A DNA stretch of 64,000 bases from an uncultured virus (IMG/VR IMGVR_UViG_3300050821_019438) (Duplodnaviria > Heunggongvirae > Uroviricota > Caudoviricetes): IMG/VR virus record IMGVR_UViG_3300050821_019438. One strand, given 5' to 3'. Every line of letters starts with the position of its first letter. Positions within the stretch are counted from its first letter, which is position 1. Below, piece after piece: positions 56,596 to 64,000 of the stretch. The notes beneath the pieces are model-generated. The model did not search any database. It was not told the origin of the DNA and was given only the letters and a program-made list of their open reading frames with translations. The position numbers and the translations under genes are program-made.

Positions 56596-57141
56596 TCATC
56601 CTACCGCGGAGGGGCCGAGGGGGGTAGTGCTGCCGCCGGAGCCCAGATCCGTCTGACTCGTGAACGGCACCGGGATGGGTCCTCCCGGCATGTCGATGGG
56701 CGGGAGCGGGTCGACGCCGGGCGTCGTTGGCAAGAGGAGTGGCAGCGTGTTCCGGACGGTAGGGACCGACGCCATCATCTTCTGGTAGATGAGGTAGCCC
56801 GCCACGCCGACGATTAGCGCGCCACCTGCGAGCAAGATGACGTCCTGAAGAGCGCCGGCAGCGGCGAGTTGGAAGATGCTCGGCTGCGCAGGGTTTTCGT
56901 CGAAATCTTCGTCGTCGACTTCGTCACCCAGTGCCAAAGCGTTGATCGCATCATCTCTCGTAGGCTTTCCCATGACGAGAACTTCGCCCTTGCGGTCCCA
57001 GACCCACCATGAGCCGCCAGCCTGGTCGACGATCAATCCTTCCCGCTGGATGCGCTTGTGCGCATGGAAGCGTTTGCTTTTACAGGTCTGACAGTAACCG
57101 GTAGACCCGATTGTCTGGTTTCCGCATCCTGCGCAGCGCAT
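56596..57141 (-). CDS. Zn-finger domain, NP motif, TM
   Basis: MRCAGCG...CQTC...FDENPAQ...TM. Confidence 0.7.
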   Translation of the reverse strand: MRCAGCGNQTIGSTGYCQTCKSKRFHAHKRIQREGLIVDQAGGSWWVWDRKGEVLVMGKPTRDDAINALALGDEVDDEDFDENPAQPSIFQLAAAGALQDVILLAGGALIVGVAGYLIYQKMMASVPTVRNTLPLLLPTTPGVDPLPPIDMPGGPIPVPFTSQTDLGSGGSTTPLGPSAVG

Positions 57142-57452
57142 CAGCCACCAGCGGACGGGTTGTAGGTCGCCGAGGGACCGAGCGCGCCCGGCGTCTGGTT
57201 CGAGAACACGCCGATGCCGCCGGGCGTGACGTACGAGAAGGTCGGGTTTCCGCTCGAGTCGACGCCGGTCTGAATCTGCGTCGGAGGAGCGTTCGCTTCG
57301 GCCGCAGCGGCTTGGGACTTCGAATAGAGGAAGTAGGCGAGTCCGCCCACGATCGCGCCGATACCGATGAGAATGAGCCCGTCGGTGTAGGTCGTGACGG
57401 GACCGGCGATGGGATTGCGGCGTGAACGACGACGTCTCGGGTTGATCATCAT
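57141..57452 (-). CDS. Arg-rich leader, NP motif, TM
   Basis: MMINPRRRRSRRNPIAG...TM. Confidence 0.72.
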   Translation of the reverse strand: MMINPRRRRSRRNPIAGPVTTYTDGLILIGIGAIVGGLAYFLYSKSQAAAAEANAPPTQIQTGVDSSGNPTFSYVTPGGIGVFSNQTPGALGPSATYNPSAGG

Positions 57453-57793
57453 AGCTGGTTCCACCAATTGGCGGCAGACTGAGCTGCGGTGACCGCAGGA
57501 GACTGAGCCTGCGTTTGAACCGTCTGGTTTGCGTTGTAGATCTGGTCGCTGACGTTTTGCGCTGCCTGGGACGCTTGAGCGATTTGATTCGCCACGCTAT
57601 CGGCCGAGCTCGATGCTCCGGAGATGACGTCATTCGTGTTGGCCAAAGTGTCTTGGGCCTGACCGAGCTGGTAAATCGCATAGACGATCGCGCCGAGCAG
57701 CGCAGTCCCCATGCCGAGCATGAGTATCGTGTTCGTGTTCAATCCGGTGTCTTGCGGATTGGGACGTCGATAGTGGCGGCGACGACGCTTCAC
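57449..57793 (-). CDS. Arg-rich leader, NP motif, TM, Gln/Ala-rich helix
   Basis: MKRRRRHYRRPNPQD...TM. Confidence 0.72.
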   Translation of the reverse strand: MKRRRRHYRRPNPQDTGLNTNTILMLGMGTALLGAIVYAIYQLGQAQDTLANTNDVISGASSSADSVANQIAQASQAAQNVSDQIYNANQTVQTQAQSPAVTAAQSAANWWNQL

Positions 57794-58038
57794 GACCCCC
57801 ACCTGTTGCCGACGAACACGGCGGCGATGATTCCGCCCACCCCGATGAGACCTCCGGCGATCATCTCGGCGTCGCCGGCTTCAGGGTCGAGCGCCATGCC
57901 GAGCCCAACACCGGCCGCAGTCGTCCCGGCAATTTGGGCAATCTTTCGGACGTCGCTGCCGGTCGACAAGATTGCCGCGCCGATGCCGAGGACGGCGCCG
58001 AGCGAACCGAGCTCGATGGGGATGCCGAGGTCTGCCAT
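57790..58038 (-). CDS. Small three-TM protein
   Basis: 82 aa, Gly-rich hydrophobic helices. Confidence 0.65.
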   Translation of the reverse strand: MADLGIPIELGSLGAVLGIGAAILSTGSDVRKIAQIAGTTAAGVGLGMALDPEAGDAEMIAGGLIGVGGIIAAVFVGNRWGS

Positions 58039-58048
58039 GGGTGTCCTT

Positions 58049-58255
58049 TCAGCTGCCCGTCACGGTCGCAGGCGTCAGGTCGATGATGCGCTGCGCGTTC
58101 TTCCCTGCGTTGTACAAAAGGTAGCCGAAGAAGCTCGCGGCGAGAACCCCGCCGCCCGCAAGCCAGAGAGCCTGCTCGGTCGTGAAGGTCGTGAGCGGGT
58201 TCTCGCAGCTCGAGCAGCAGCGCGCCGAGCGCTTCATCATGGTTCGCCTTCGCAT
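58049..58255 (-). CDS. Basic leader, NP motif, TM
   Basis: MRRRTMMKRSARCCSSCENPLT...TM. Confidence 0.65.
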   Translation of the reverse strand: MRRRTMMKRSARCCSSCENPLTTFTTEQALWLAGGGVLAASFFGYLLYNAGKNAQRIIDLTPATVTGS

Positions 58256-58257
58256 GG

Positions 58258-58671
58258 TCAGCTTCCTTGGGGTCCGGTCGGTTGGTTGGCAGGCAGCGGC
58301 ACGGTCGAGCCGCCGGAACCGATCACACCGGGGGGTTGGGTCGTGGCGACGGTAGCGGGCGTTTGCTGCGACTTCCAGATGAGGTAGCCGACGAGCCCGA
58401 GAACCGCAGCGCCGCCGACGACCATGCACGTCATCTTGAGGTGCTCCTCGTCGGTGGAGGGGTTGCGCTTTCCTGCGCCACCGCCTTCGCCCTCTACGTA
58501 CGACTTCGCGAGTGCGAGCGATGAGTGGTAAGGCCCGATGCGACGAAGGTGCTGGTCGCTTCCGTAGAGAACGACATACCCTTTGGGCCACTTCAGGATC
58601 TCGTACACGCGTGTGCCGCTTTTCGCGGTCCAGATCTCCACGCCGTCTTGCTGACGAGTTGACCAGTTCAT
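58258..58671 (-). CDS. Soluble domain, NP motif, TM
   Basis: About 65-aa globular domain then KRNPST and TM VVGGAAVLGLVGYLIWKSQ. Confidence 0.7.
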   Translation of the reverse strand: MNWSTRQQDGVEIWTAKSGTRVYEILKWPKGYVVLYGSDQHLRRIGPYHSSLALAKSYVEGEGGGAGKRNPSTDEEHLKMTCMVVGGAAVLGLVGYLIWKSQQTPATVATTQPPGVIGSGGSTVPLPANQPTGPQGS

Positions 58672-58943
58672 GCGACCCGTCCTTCGCTCTCGGCGGTGAT
58701 TCGAATTCGATCGGAGACGCTCGCTTCTGGGTCTTCATCGTACTGCTCGACGGCGTAGTCGCCGCCGTAGTGCCGAGCTCCGGCGCGGCTGTAGATGAGC
58801 ACGTCGATGTAGACTGGGCTTTTGCCGGACATGCCCATCGAGACCGCGAAGCCGGCGGCTTCATCGGGTGTCTTGAAGATGCGCTCCTGCCCCGAGCCGT
58901 CTTCGACGGCGTACTCGACGTCTTTATGCGTGTGCTTCGCCAC
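58668..58943 (-). CDS. Small acidic soluble protein
   Basis: 91 aa, GGAGG RBS, no TM. Confidence 0.65.
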   Translation of the reverse strand: MAKHTHKDVEYAVEDGSGQERIFKTPDEAAGFAVSMGMSGKSPVYIDVLIYSRAGARHYGGDYAVEQYDEDPEASVSDRIRITAESEGRVA

Positions 58944-58946
58944 GAC

Positions 58947-59207
58947 TCAACCTCCCGCGCTGGCTTGGGCCGGTGTGACGTTGCCGAGCTGGATCTGCTG
59001 CATGACCCAGGCGTCGTACGCCTCCTGCGTTGCGTTGCTCGGCGCGGTGGGGGCGCTCGGGCTTGCTGCGGCGGAGCTCGCGTTCATCTTTGTGTAGAGC
59101 CCATACGCGACAAGCCCTACGACGGCGACGCCGAGGAAGGCCAAGCCGAGGTCTTCGGAGCCGGTGAGCGGGTTGGGGCGGCGGAAACGCTTCAATGAAC
59201 GACGCAT
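58947..59207 (-). CDS. Arg-rich leader, NP motif, TM
   Basis: MRRSLKRFRRPNPLTG...TM. Confidence 0.7.
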   Translation of the reverse strand: MRRSLKRFRRPNPLTGSEDLGLAFLGVAVVGLVAYGLYTKMNASSAAASPSAPTAPSNATQEAYDAWVMQQIQLGNVTPAQASAGG

Positions 59208-59217
59208 GGGGGCTCCT

Positions 59218-59637
59218 CTATGTACCTGAAACAAATGGCGGGACGGCGTCCTGCGCGTCGGCTTGCTGCTGAGGCGTGAGCTGGTTCTGAGCGACGGGTG
59301 AGACGGGAGATGCGGCGCTCGAGGATTGTGAGTTCTTCCAGATGGAGTACCCGATCATCGCAACGGCTCCGACGCCAATGGCGATGAGAGCAGCGGTTGC
59401 GGGCGCGATAGGGTTCTCTCTCGCGAAATCACCCCGCTCATCGAGGAGGTCGACGGTGCCGCGCTCGTTCATGTAATAGACGTCGGAATAGAACCCCTCT
59501 TTCTCCATGCGCCGTCGCGCGGCGGAGAACGCGGCATCTCGAGTTCGGTACTTGCCGAGAGAGTGCCCGCTGGTGAAGAGCATGTACCCGCCGGACTTCG
59601 CGTCCGTGATGATGTAGTCGTCTTCTTGAGGTTCCAT
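59218..59637 (-). CDS. Soluble domain, NP motif, TM
   Basis: About 70-aa domain then ARENPIA and TM. Confidence 0.7.
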   Translation of the reverse strand: MEPQEDDYIITDAKSGGYMLFTSGHSLGKYRTRDAAFSAARRRMEKEGFYSDVYYMNERGTVDLLDERGDFARENPIAPATAALIAIGVGAVAMIGYSIWKNSQSSSAASPVSPVAQNQLTPQQQADAQDAVPPFVSGT

Positions 59638-59640
59638 GGG

Positions 59641-60435
59641 TCAGACCGTTGGTGTTCGCGTCACGAGGTAAGCGATCCCCAATATGCCGGCTGCGGCAGT
59701 GACGAGCCCGACGACTACCAATGCGGTGCTGGGGCCGGCAGAGACAGGAGTGATCGGCGCAGGAGGAGGTGCCAGGTAGGGAGAACCTCCGCTTCCGGGA
59801 CCCGGTATAGTCACAGGCGCAGGAGGCGGCGTGTAAACGCCTGGCGCTGTAGCGCTTCCCGGAACCCAGATATAGTAGTTGGGAGCTGGGTTCAACCAAC
59901 GAGCCGGAGAACCAGCACTGACCGCTGCCATGTTCCCTGCCTGCGGTGGACTGGTTGGAGCAGGAAACGGAGCTGCTGTCGGATGCCCGGCGGAGTCAAT
60001 CGGACCCGAGTAGTTAGGCCGCGCCTGGGCGTACACGGAATAGGTAAGTCCGTCACCGCCCACCATTTGACTGGAAGGGCTGATGATGTCCGGAGATATT
60101 GCGTTGCCTCCTGATGCTGTATCGTTGTATCCAGGACTTACGACAGTCCATGGGTACCAGATCCATTTAGTGGGCTCGCTCGGACCCGCAGGAATCCAAG
60201 ACCCGGTTGTGTTGCTCGGCTGATGTGGAGGAGGCACTACGTTCAGCTGAGTAGGGTAGGGCGGATCGACCAAAAGGACGTGCGGATTGGTAGCGTCGGC
60301 CGCAGTAGTGAAGTAGTTCCACATGGTGCCGGCACCCGGTCGAGCCTGGACCCACCAGAGCCCGGACGCACCAACGGGAGGCAGTCCGACCTGAAATGAG
60401 GTCGGCGTAGTCGGTTGTCCCATTCCTCGGTTCAT
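59641..60435 (-). CDS. Pro/Trp-rich C-terminally anchored virion protein
   Basis: MNRGMGQ start; three Trp-rich units; C-terminal TM. Confidence 0.7.
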   Translation of the reverse strand: MNRGMGQPTTPTSFQVGLPPVGASGLWWVQARPGAGTMWNYFTTAADATNPHVLLVDPPYPTQLNVVPPPHQPSNTTGSWIPAGPSEPTKWIWYPWTVVSPGYNDTASGGNAISPDIISPSSQMVGGDGLTYSVYAQARPNYSGPIDSAGHPTAAPFPAPTSPPQAGNMAAVSAGSPARWLNPAPNYYIWVPGSATAPGVYTPPPAPVTIPGPGSGGSPYLAPPPAPITPVSAGPSTALVVVGLVTAAAGILGIAYLVTRTPTV

Positions 60436-61142
60436 TGGAGGATAGAACCGGGAACTCCTGGGTTTCCTGGTGCGCCACTGTATGGCACAACGGCGCCGCT
60501 GCCGCCGAGGTTCGGGTCGTAGACCTGACCTCCTGGTGTGCCGCTGCCGCCGAGGTTTGGATCGTAGACCTGGCCTCCCGTTACGACTCCGTAGTTCGGA
60601 GCGCCGGGCGTACCGGGAGCCGGCGTCGTTCCAGGCATCGGTGTTGTAACGACAGGCAGCTGTGCAGCGGTCGACGCGGCGCCCTGCGACTTCCAGATGA
60701 GGTATCCGACGATGCCGAGGACCGCGGCTCCAGCCGCAGCGACGCCGACTTTTTCGCCAGTTGAGAGAGAAGAGAAGGAGAGTGGATTGCGTCGGCTCAT
60801 TTCGGCAGCTCCTGGCTCACCAAAGAGCCCCTTCGGTTTTTCTTCGATGTGATGGTGTCGTTCGTACTCGAGTTGGTAGAGCGGCTCTTCTCTACCTCTC
60901 TTGAGGTAGGTAATGAACAGGACGCCGTCGTCGTCGCCTTCGATGTCGAGATCGTCCGCGACCATCCAGCTGTTCAAGTAGCTGCCGTCGACGAGTGCCA
61001 TGACGAGAGCGCGGTTGCTGACACTCCATTGGCCGGACTTGTTTTTCCTGTCCGTGCGAACGCTGACGTGACCCGCTTGGCCGTCGCTACCAGGTTCGGG
61101 GTGAACCTTGTAGATGACGGTGCTCTTGTTGGCGAAGCTCAC
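60432..61142 (-). CDS. Soluble domain, NP motif, TM, Gly/Pro tail
   Basis: About 115-aa domain, SRRNPLS, TM, two GGQVYDPNLGGSG repeats. Confidence 0.7.
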   Translation of the reverse strand: MSFANKSTVIYKVHPEPGSDGQAGHVSVRTDRKNKSGQWSVSNRALVMALVDGSYLNSWMVADDLDIEGDDDGVLFITYLKRGREEPLYQLEYERHHHIEEKPKGLFGEPGAAEMSRRNPLSFSSLSTGEKVGVAAAGAAVLGIVGYLIWKSQGAASTAAQLPVVTTPMPGTTPAPGTPGAPNYGVVTGGQVYDPNLGGSGTPGGQVYDPNLGGSGAVVPYSGAPGNPGVPGSILQ

Positions 61143-61151
61143 GAGCCGATC

Positions 61152-61490
61152 TCAGCCCAGCTCGATGTTCTGCGTCACTGGAGGGGCGGTCGCGGCCGAG
61201 GGGCCGTACGCTGTCGAGGTCGAGTAGTCGATCCCCTGCGTGCTGGCGGCCGGCATGCCTGTCGAAGTTGACGTACCGAGCTGGTAGGGCTGATTGCCGC
61301 TCGAGATGGTTCCGCCACCCGCCGCCGCGGTCGAAGCCGCCTGCGACTGGTTGTAGAGGTAGTAGCCGATGCCACCGATGACGGCGACCCCAGCGAGCGC
61401 GAAGGCGATCTTGGCGCCGTCGGACATGCCGGAGGACTTGGAAGAGGGACGTGGGTTTTTGTAATACGATTGTGTGCGGCGACGGGCCAT
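61152..61490 (-). CDS. Basic leader, NP motif, TM
   Basis: MARRRTQSYYKNPRP...TM; AGGAG RBS. Confidence 0.72.
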   Translation of the reverse strand: MARRRTQSYYKNPRPSSKSSGMSDGAKIAFALAGVAVIGGIGYYLYNQSQAASTAAAGGGTISSGNQPYQLGTSTSTGMPAASTQGIDYSTSTAYGPSAATAPPVTQNIELG

Positions 61491-61675
61491 GGGATTCTCC
61501 TATAGGACGTCCCCCTTGACGAGGACCGTCATCGTGCACATGCGAGCATATCCCACCCAAACCAGCTAGTCGAGGTTGACCAGAAAGTCGGTTCCGGGCA
61601 CGGTTTGGGAGACAAAAAGCGGCCCGACGGCGTTCCACCGCCCCGGGCCCGACCATCACCTTGTGCGAGGCGACG

Positions 61676-62131
61676 ATGAGTCAGGCTATCACGCTCGAAT
61701 ATTTTCGAAGCCCATCTTTCGTAGACTGGTTCTTCGGAAACACCTGCCCAGAGCCTAACTCTGGTTGCCTTCTATGGACCGAATCGCTCGACAAGGATGG
61801 CTACGGAAGAGTCAGGACCACATGGAAGAAAAGCGGGAACATTCCAGCGCATAGATTGGCCTGGCTCATCGCTTACGGTCGATGGCCCGAGCCGTGTGGT
61901 TTGCATAGATGTGATACGCGTCCGTGCGTGAACGTGCAGCATCTCTTCGAAGGGACTCGAGAAGACAATATGCGCGACATGTGGAGTAAGGGAAGAGGCG
62001 CACAGACCCAAAAGACGCACTGCCCTAACGGCCACGAGTACGCAGGCTATAACTTGATATTACACGGAAGGCGCAGATATTGTCGCACCTGCATGAATGA
62101 GCATAAACGTAACTTCCGTGCGCGGAGCTAA
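61676..62131 (+). CDS. HNH endonuclease (homing type), opposite strand to the virion module
   Basis: SGCLLW, GYG, AHRLAW, HRCDTRPCVNVQHL, DNMRD, THCPNGH...CRTC. Confidence 0.88.
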   Translation: MSQAITLEYFRSPSFVDWFFGNTCPEPNSGCLLWTESLDKDGYGRVRTTWKKSGNIPAHRLAWLIAYGRWPEPCGLHRCDTRPCVNVQHLFEGTREDNMRDMWSKGRGAQTQKTHCPNGHEYAGYNLILHGRRRYCRTCMNEHKRNFRARS

Positions 62132-62682
62132 CGTGTTGCGACCGGCGCCATGTACGGGTGCTTCGACCACCAGGAAAAGGCTCTTTCCATGCGTCGCCGC
62201 GCTTGCGGTTCCCCTGGTTCGCAGTGGCCAACGGTGTAGCCGGTGATGCGGTCGGCTGGCGGCCCGAACTTGCACATGGCCCACGAGTCCCGGAGCGCGC
62301 GGAGCATCCCGCGGAAGCATGAGACGCGGTCGGTGAGCCCGCGAGCGTAGTGCGACGGCTCCTCGTCGTGTAGCTGGGCGATGCACCAGGCGTGTCCTCC
62401 GTCGCCGGTAGGCTTGTCCTGGCGGTCCACGTCGGAGCGAAACTGTCCTGACTCGTAGCTTGCGATGGCCAGCATGACGAGCGCGGTCTGAGCTCGACCT
62501 ATTTCGCCCCCGGCGAATAGCGGAACCTCGTCCGGGTCGAGTGCAACGGTCGCCAGATCGGAAGCGATGCTCTCGTAGCGTGCCTCTGTCTCGGCTCGAG
62601 GTGTCTTGGTGTAGTCGTGGACCGAAGGCGGTGCCCAGAGTGACATGGCGGCGAGCAGGTAAGCAGCGAGTCCGTGAAGCAT
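62128..62682 (-). CDS. Secreted lytic transglycosylase-like (lysozyme-fold) protein
   Basis: Signal-like N-terminus; LAIASYESG catalytic-Glu pattern; GDGG...CIAQL; later GYTVG. Confidence 0.55.
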   Translation of the reverse strand: MLHGLAAYLLAAMSLWAPPSVHDYTKTPRAETEARYESIASDLATVALDPDEVPLFAGGEIGRAQTALVMLAIASYESGQFRSDVDRQDKPTGDGGHAWCIAQLHDEEPSHYARGLTDRVSCFRGMLRALRDSWAMCKFGPPADRITGYTVGHCEPGEPQARRRMERAFSWWSKHPYMAPVATR

Positions 62683-62819
62683 GCGAGACCTCCGTGGTTC
62701 TGCGTTCGAAGGAAGGCGGAGGTTCTAGCGCAGACAGAGACTCAAGCGCAAACTTCAATCCTATTCAGCTCATGCGATATGCAGGTTGTGCGCCACGCTG
62801 ATGAAGATAAAGTAGACGC

Positions 62820-63047
62820 ATGGCCACCCTCATCTACTTCTTCATCCAGCTCCTCGTCCTCATCTGCGTGTTCTCGCTATTTTACTACATCATCCAGCTG
62901 ATCGTCGGAGAGATCCCAGTGCCGGCAAAGTCGAAGGTAAGAGCAGCGCTGCTCATCCTCCTCTGCCTCATCGCGATTTGCTGCCTGCTCGGTAGCGTCG
63001 GTTTATGGGACGCGCCGTGGGCGTTCAGCCATCGTCCGAAGTGGTAG
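62820..63047 (+). CDS. Two-TM membrane protein (holin-like candidate)
   Basis: 75 aa, two hydrophobic helices, divergent from the transglycosylase-like gene. Confidence 0.5.
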   Translation: MATLIYFFIQLLVLICVFSLFYYIIQLIVGEIPVPAKSKVRAALLILLCLIAICCLLGSVGLWDAPWAFSHRPKW

Positions 63048-63078
63048 TGGCGCTACGACCTAGCGCTTGCGCTTCGCC

Positions 63079-63621
63079 TCAGTTGAGTTGTGATGTTGAG
63101 CCTTGCGGACCGGGCACGCGTCCCATTCCCGCGGCAGGACCTGTGAGACCGACAGCGCCTCCGGTACCTCCGGTCGCGCCCGTGGCACCCGTGGGTCCTG
63201 ATGTCGTGCTCGCGGAGGCGGTCGACGACATGATGACAGAGCCGACTACGAAGAGGACCGCGGCACCTGCGGCGGCGATGGCGACTTTCTGGCCGGTGGA
63301 GAGACCACTGCTGCTGCTTCTGGAGCTCTTACGTCTTCGCATGGGATTGTTTCCTCCGTATTCGAGTAGACCCTTGCGGACCTTCTCGAAGTGAGCTTTG
63401 GCTTCGGCGCGGCTTCCCGCTCTCGTTGTGAAGGTTCTACCAGACTCCTCGTCATACCACTCGTAGACCGGAGCTCCAGAGCCGAAGTATTTTCCCTCCC
63501 ACGTGTAGCCGTTGCGATCGAGCCGTACACGTTGAAAGTCGATTCGACCCAAGGGAGCAACAGGTGGACTCACACGATTGTAGGAGCCCGTTCTAGGGTC
63601 TAGTTCGAACCTGACAGCCAT
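63079..63621 (-). CDS. Soluble domain, NP motif, Arg-rich linker, TM
   Basis: RVRLDRNGY...YFGSGAP domain then GNNPMRRRK...STGQKVAIAAAGAAVL. Confidence 0.7.
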   Translation of the reverse strand: MAVRFELDPRTGSYNRVSPPVAPLGRIDFQRVRLDRNGYTWEGKYFGSGAPVYEWYDEESGRTFTTRAGSRAEAKAHFEKVRKGLLEYGGNNPMRRRKSSRSSSSGLSTGQKVAIAAAGAAVLFVVGSVIMSSTASASTTSGPTGATGATGGTGGAVGLTGPAAGMGRVPGPQGSTSQLN

Positions 63622-63630
63622 TCGGAGAGA

Positions 63631-64000
63631 TTAGACCCGCTCCCGACAGAAGTCGAGATTCCGCTGCACGCGCTCCCGCTCGTTCTCGGGCAGCCCTTGT
63701 CCGCTCAAGAGCTCCTCGTTTAGCGAAAAAGCCTCATCGTACCGACCGGTCCAGTAGGCCGCTACGGCGTGCTCGTCCTTCGCGCGCCACGCGTAGACCG
63801 AGTCGTCGATGAACAGGATGTCGTCGGGCCGTGGCAACTTACTCGCGAGACGGGCGAACGGGTAGCCCGCGGCGACGCGGTCCTGTTCGCGCATGTACAT
63901 CGCCAAGTAGCAGAGGGACTCGGCACGTGTCGGTCGGCGCTCGTACGCGTGCAGGAAGGCGTTGATGACGGTGGGGGTGCTGAGCTTCAGCTTCGCGTTG
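63631..64000 (-). CDS. C-terminal TPR-like part of a protein (possibly a glycosyltransferase); start lies beyond the window
   Basis: AYERRPTRAESLCYLA...LFIDDSVYAWRAKDE...YWTGRYDEA; frame open to the right edge. Confidence 0.6.
   Translation of the reverse strand, partial: NAKLKLSTPTVINAFLHAYERRPTRAESLCYLAMYMREQDRVAAGYPFARLASKLPRPDDILFIDDSVYAWRAKDEHAVAAYWTGRYDEAFSLNEELLSGQGLPENERERVQRNLDFCRERV

Larger units (their letters stand above)
1..64000. mobile_element. Segment of a large dsDNA bacterial virus genome, probably tailless and membrane-containing; both ends lie outside the window
   Basis: Dense co-oriented genes with ATGA/GTGA/TGATG overlaps; viral replication genes (PolA, SF2 helicase, prim-pol, resolvase, ThyX); homing-type nucleases; many small membrane proteins; no host operons; no recognisable terminase, portal or tail genes. 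Confidence 0.85.

Noticed and set aside
55916..59207. C-terminal Gly-Gly on several proteins (SGG* at 55916, SAGG* at 57141 and 58947) as ubiquitin-like conjugation tags
   Set aside because: In these three the GG codons (GGGGGC, GGTGGC, GGAGGT) double as the Shine-Dalgarno of the next gene; no E1/E2 or beta-grasp protein was recognised. Only the MCP/protease tail is kept as a finding.
61500..61675. Imperfect stem upstream of the HNH gene as a group I intron remnant
   Set aside because: No interrupted host gene and no recognisable intron core; the HNH gene appears free-standing.
1..64000. CRISPR array, diversity-generating retroelement, integrase or IS element
   Set aside because: No regularly spaced repeats with unique spacers and no reverse transcriptase, recombinase or transposase motifs recognised; tandem repeats lie within coding low-complexity regions.

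Overview
The window looks like a 64-kb piece of one large, GC-rich dsDNA bacterial virus genome. A Myxococcota-like host is inferred, weakly, from GC content and a histone-like protein; there are no host housekeeping operons. I see no terminase, portal or tail genes. Two minus-strand virion modules (about 1-18 kb and 55-64 kb) encode a putative jelly-roll major capsid protein, a protamine-like Arg-rich protein, two LysM-like proteins, a transglutaminase-like Cys-His-Asp enzyme, a lytic transglycosylase-like protein and about 25 small membrane-anchored proteins, which fits a tailless virus with an internal membrane. The middle encodes PolA, an SF2 helicase, a prim-pol/VapE-type primase-helicase followed by an iteron-like repeat cluster, a PD-(D/E)XK nuclease, a RuvC-like resolvase, ThyX, a DNA methyltransferase, a JAB protein, a GroES-like protein and many small accessory genes. 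The strongest candidate for an undescribed system is a set of shared peptide tags on the virion proteins: (1) G-[LVMF]-G motifs at N-termini and domain junctions that often match the adenovirus protease consensus; (2) an Asn-Pro motif just before a transmembrane helix, which in several genes joins a soluble domain to the anchor; (3) a 20-aa C-terminal tail shared by the capsid protein and the candidate protease, conserved as protein but not as DNA. Other notable signals are a 124-bp IR-flanked inverted segment carrying the 5' end of a GIY-YIG gene, a 59-nt D-armless tRNA-like element with G3-U70, twin covarying hairpins 22 kb apart, and a frameshifted thaumatin-like lipoprotein gene. All family calls rest on motif recognition by eye; no searches were run.
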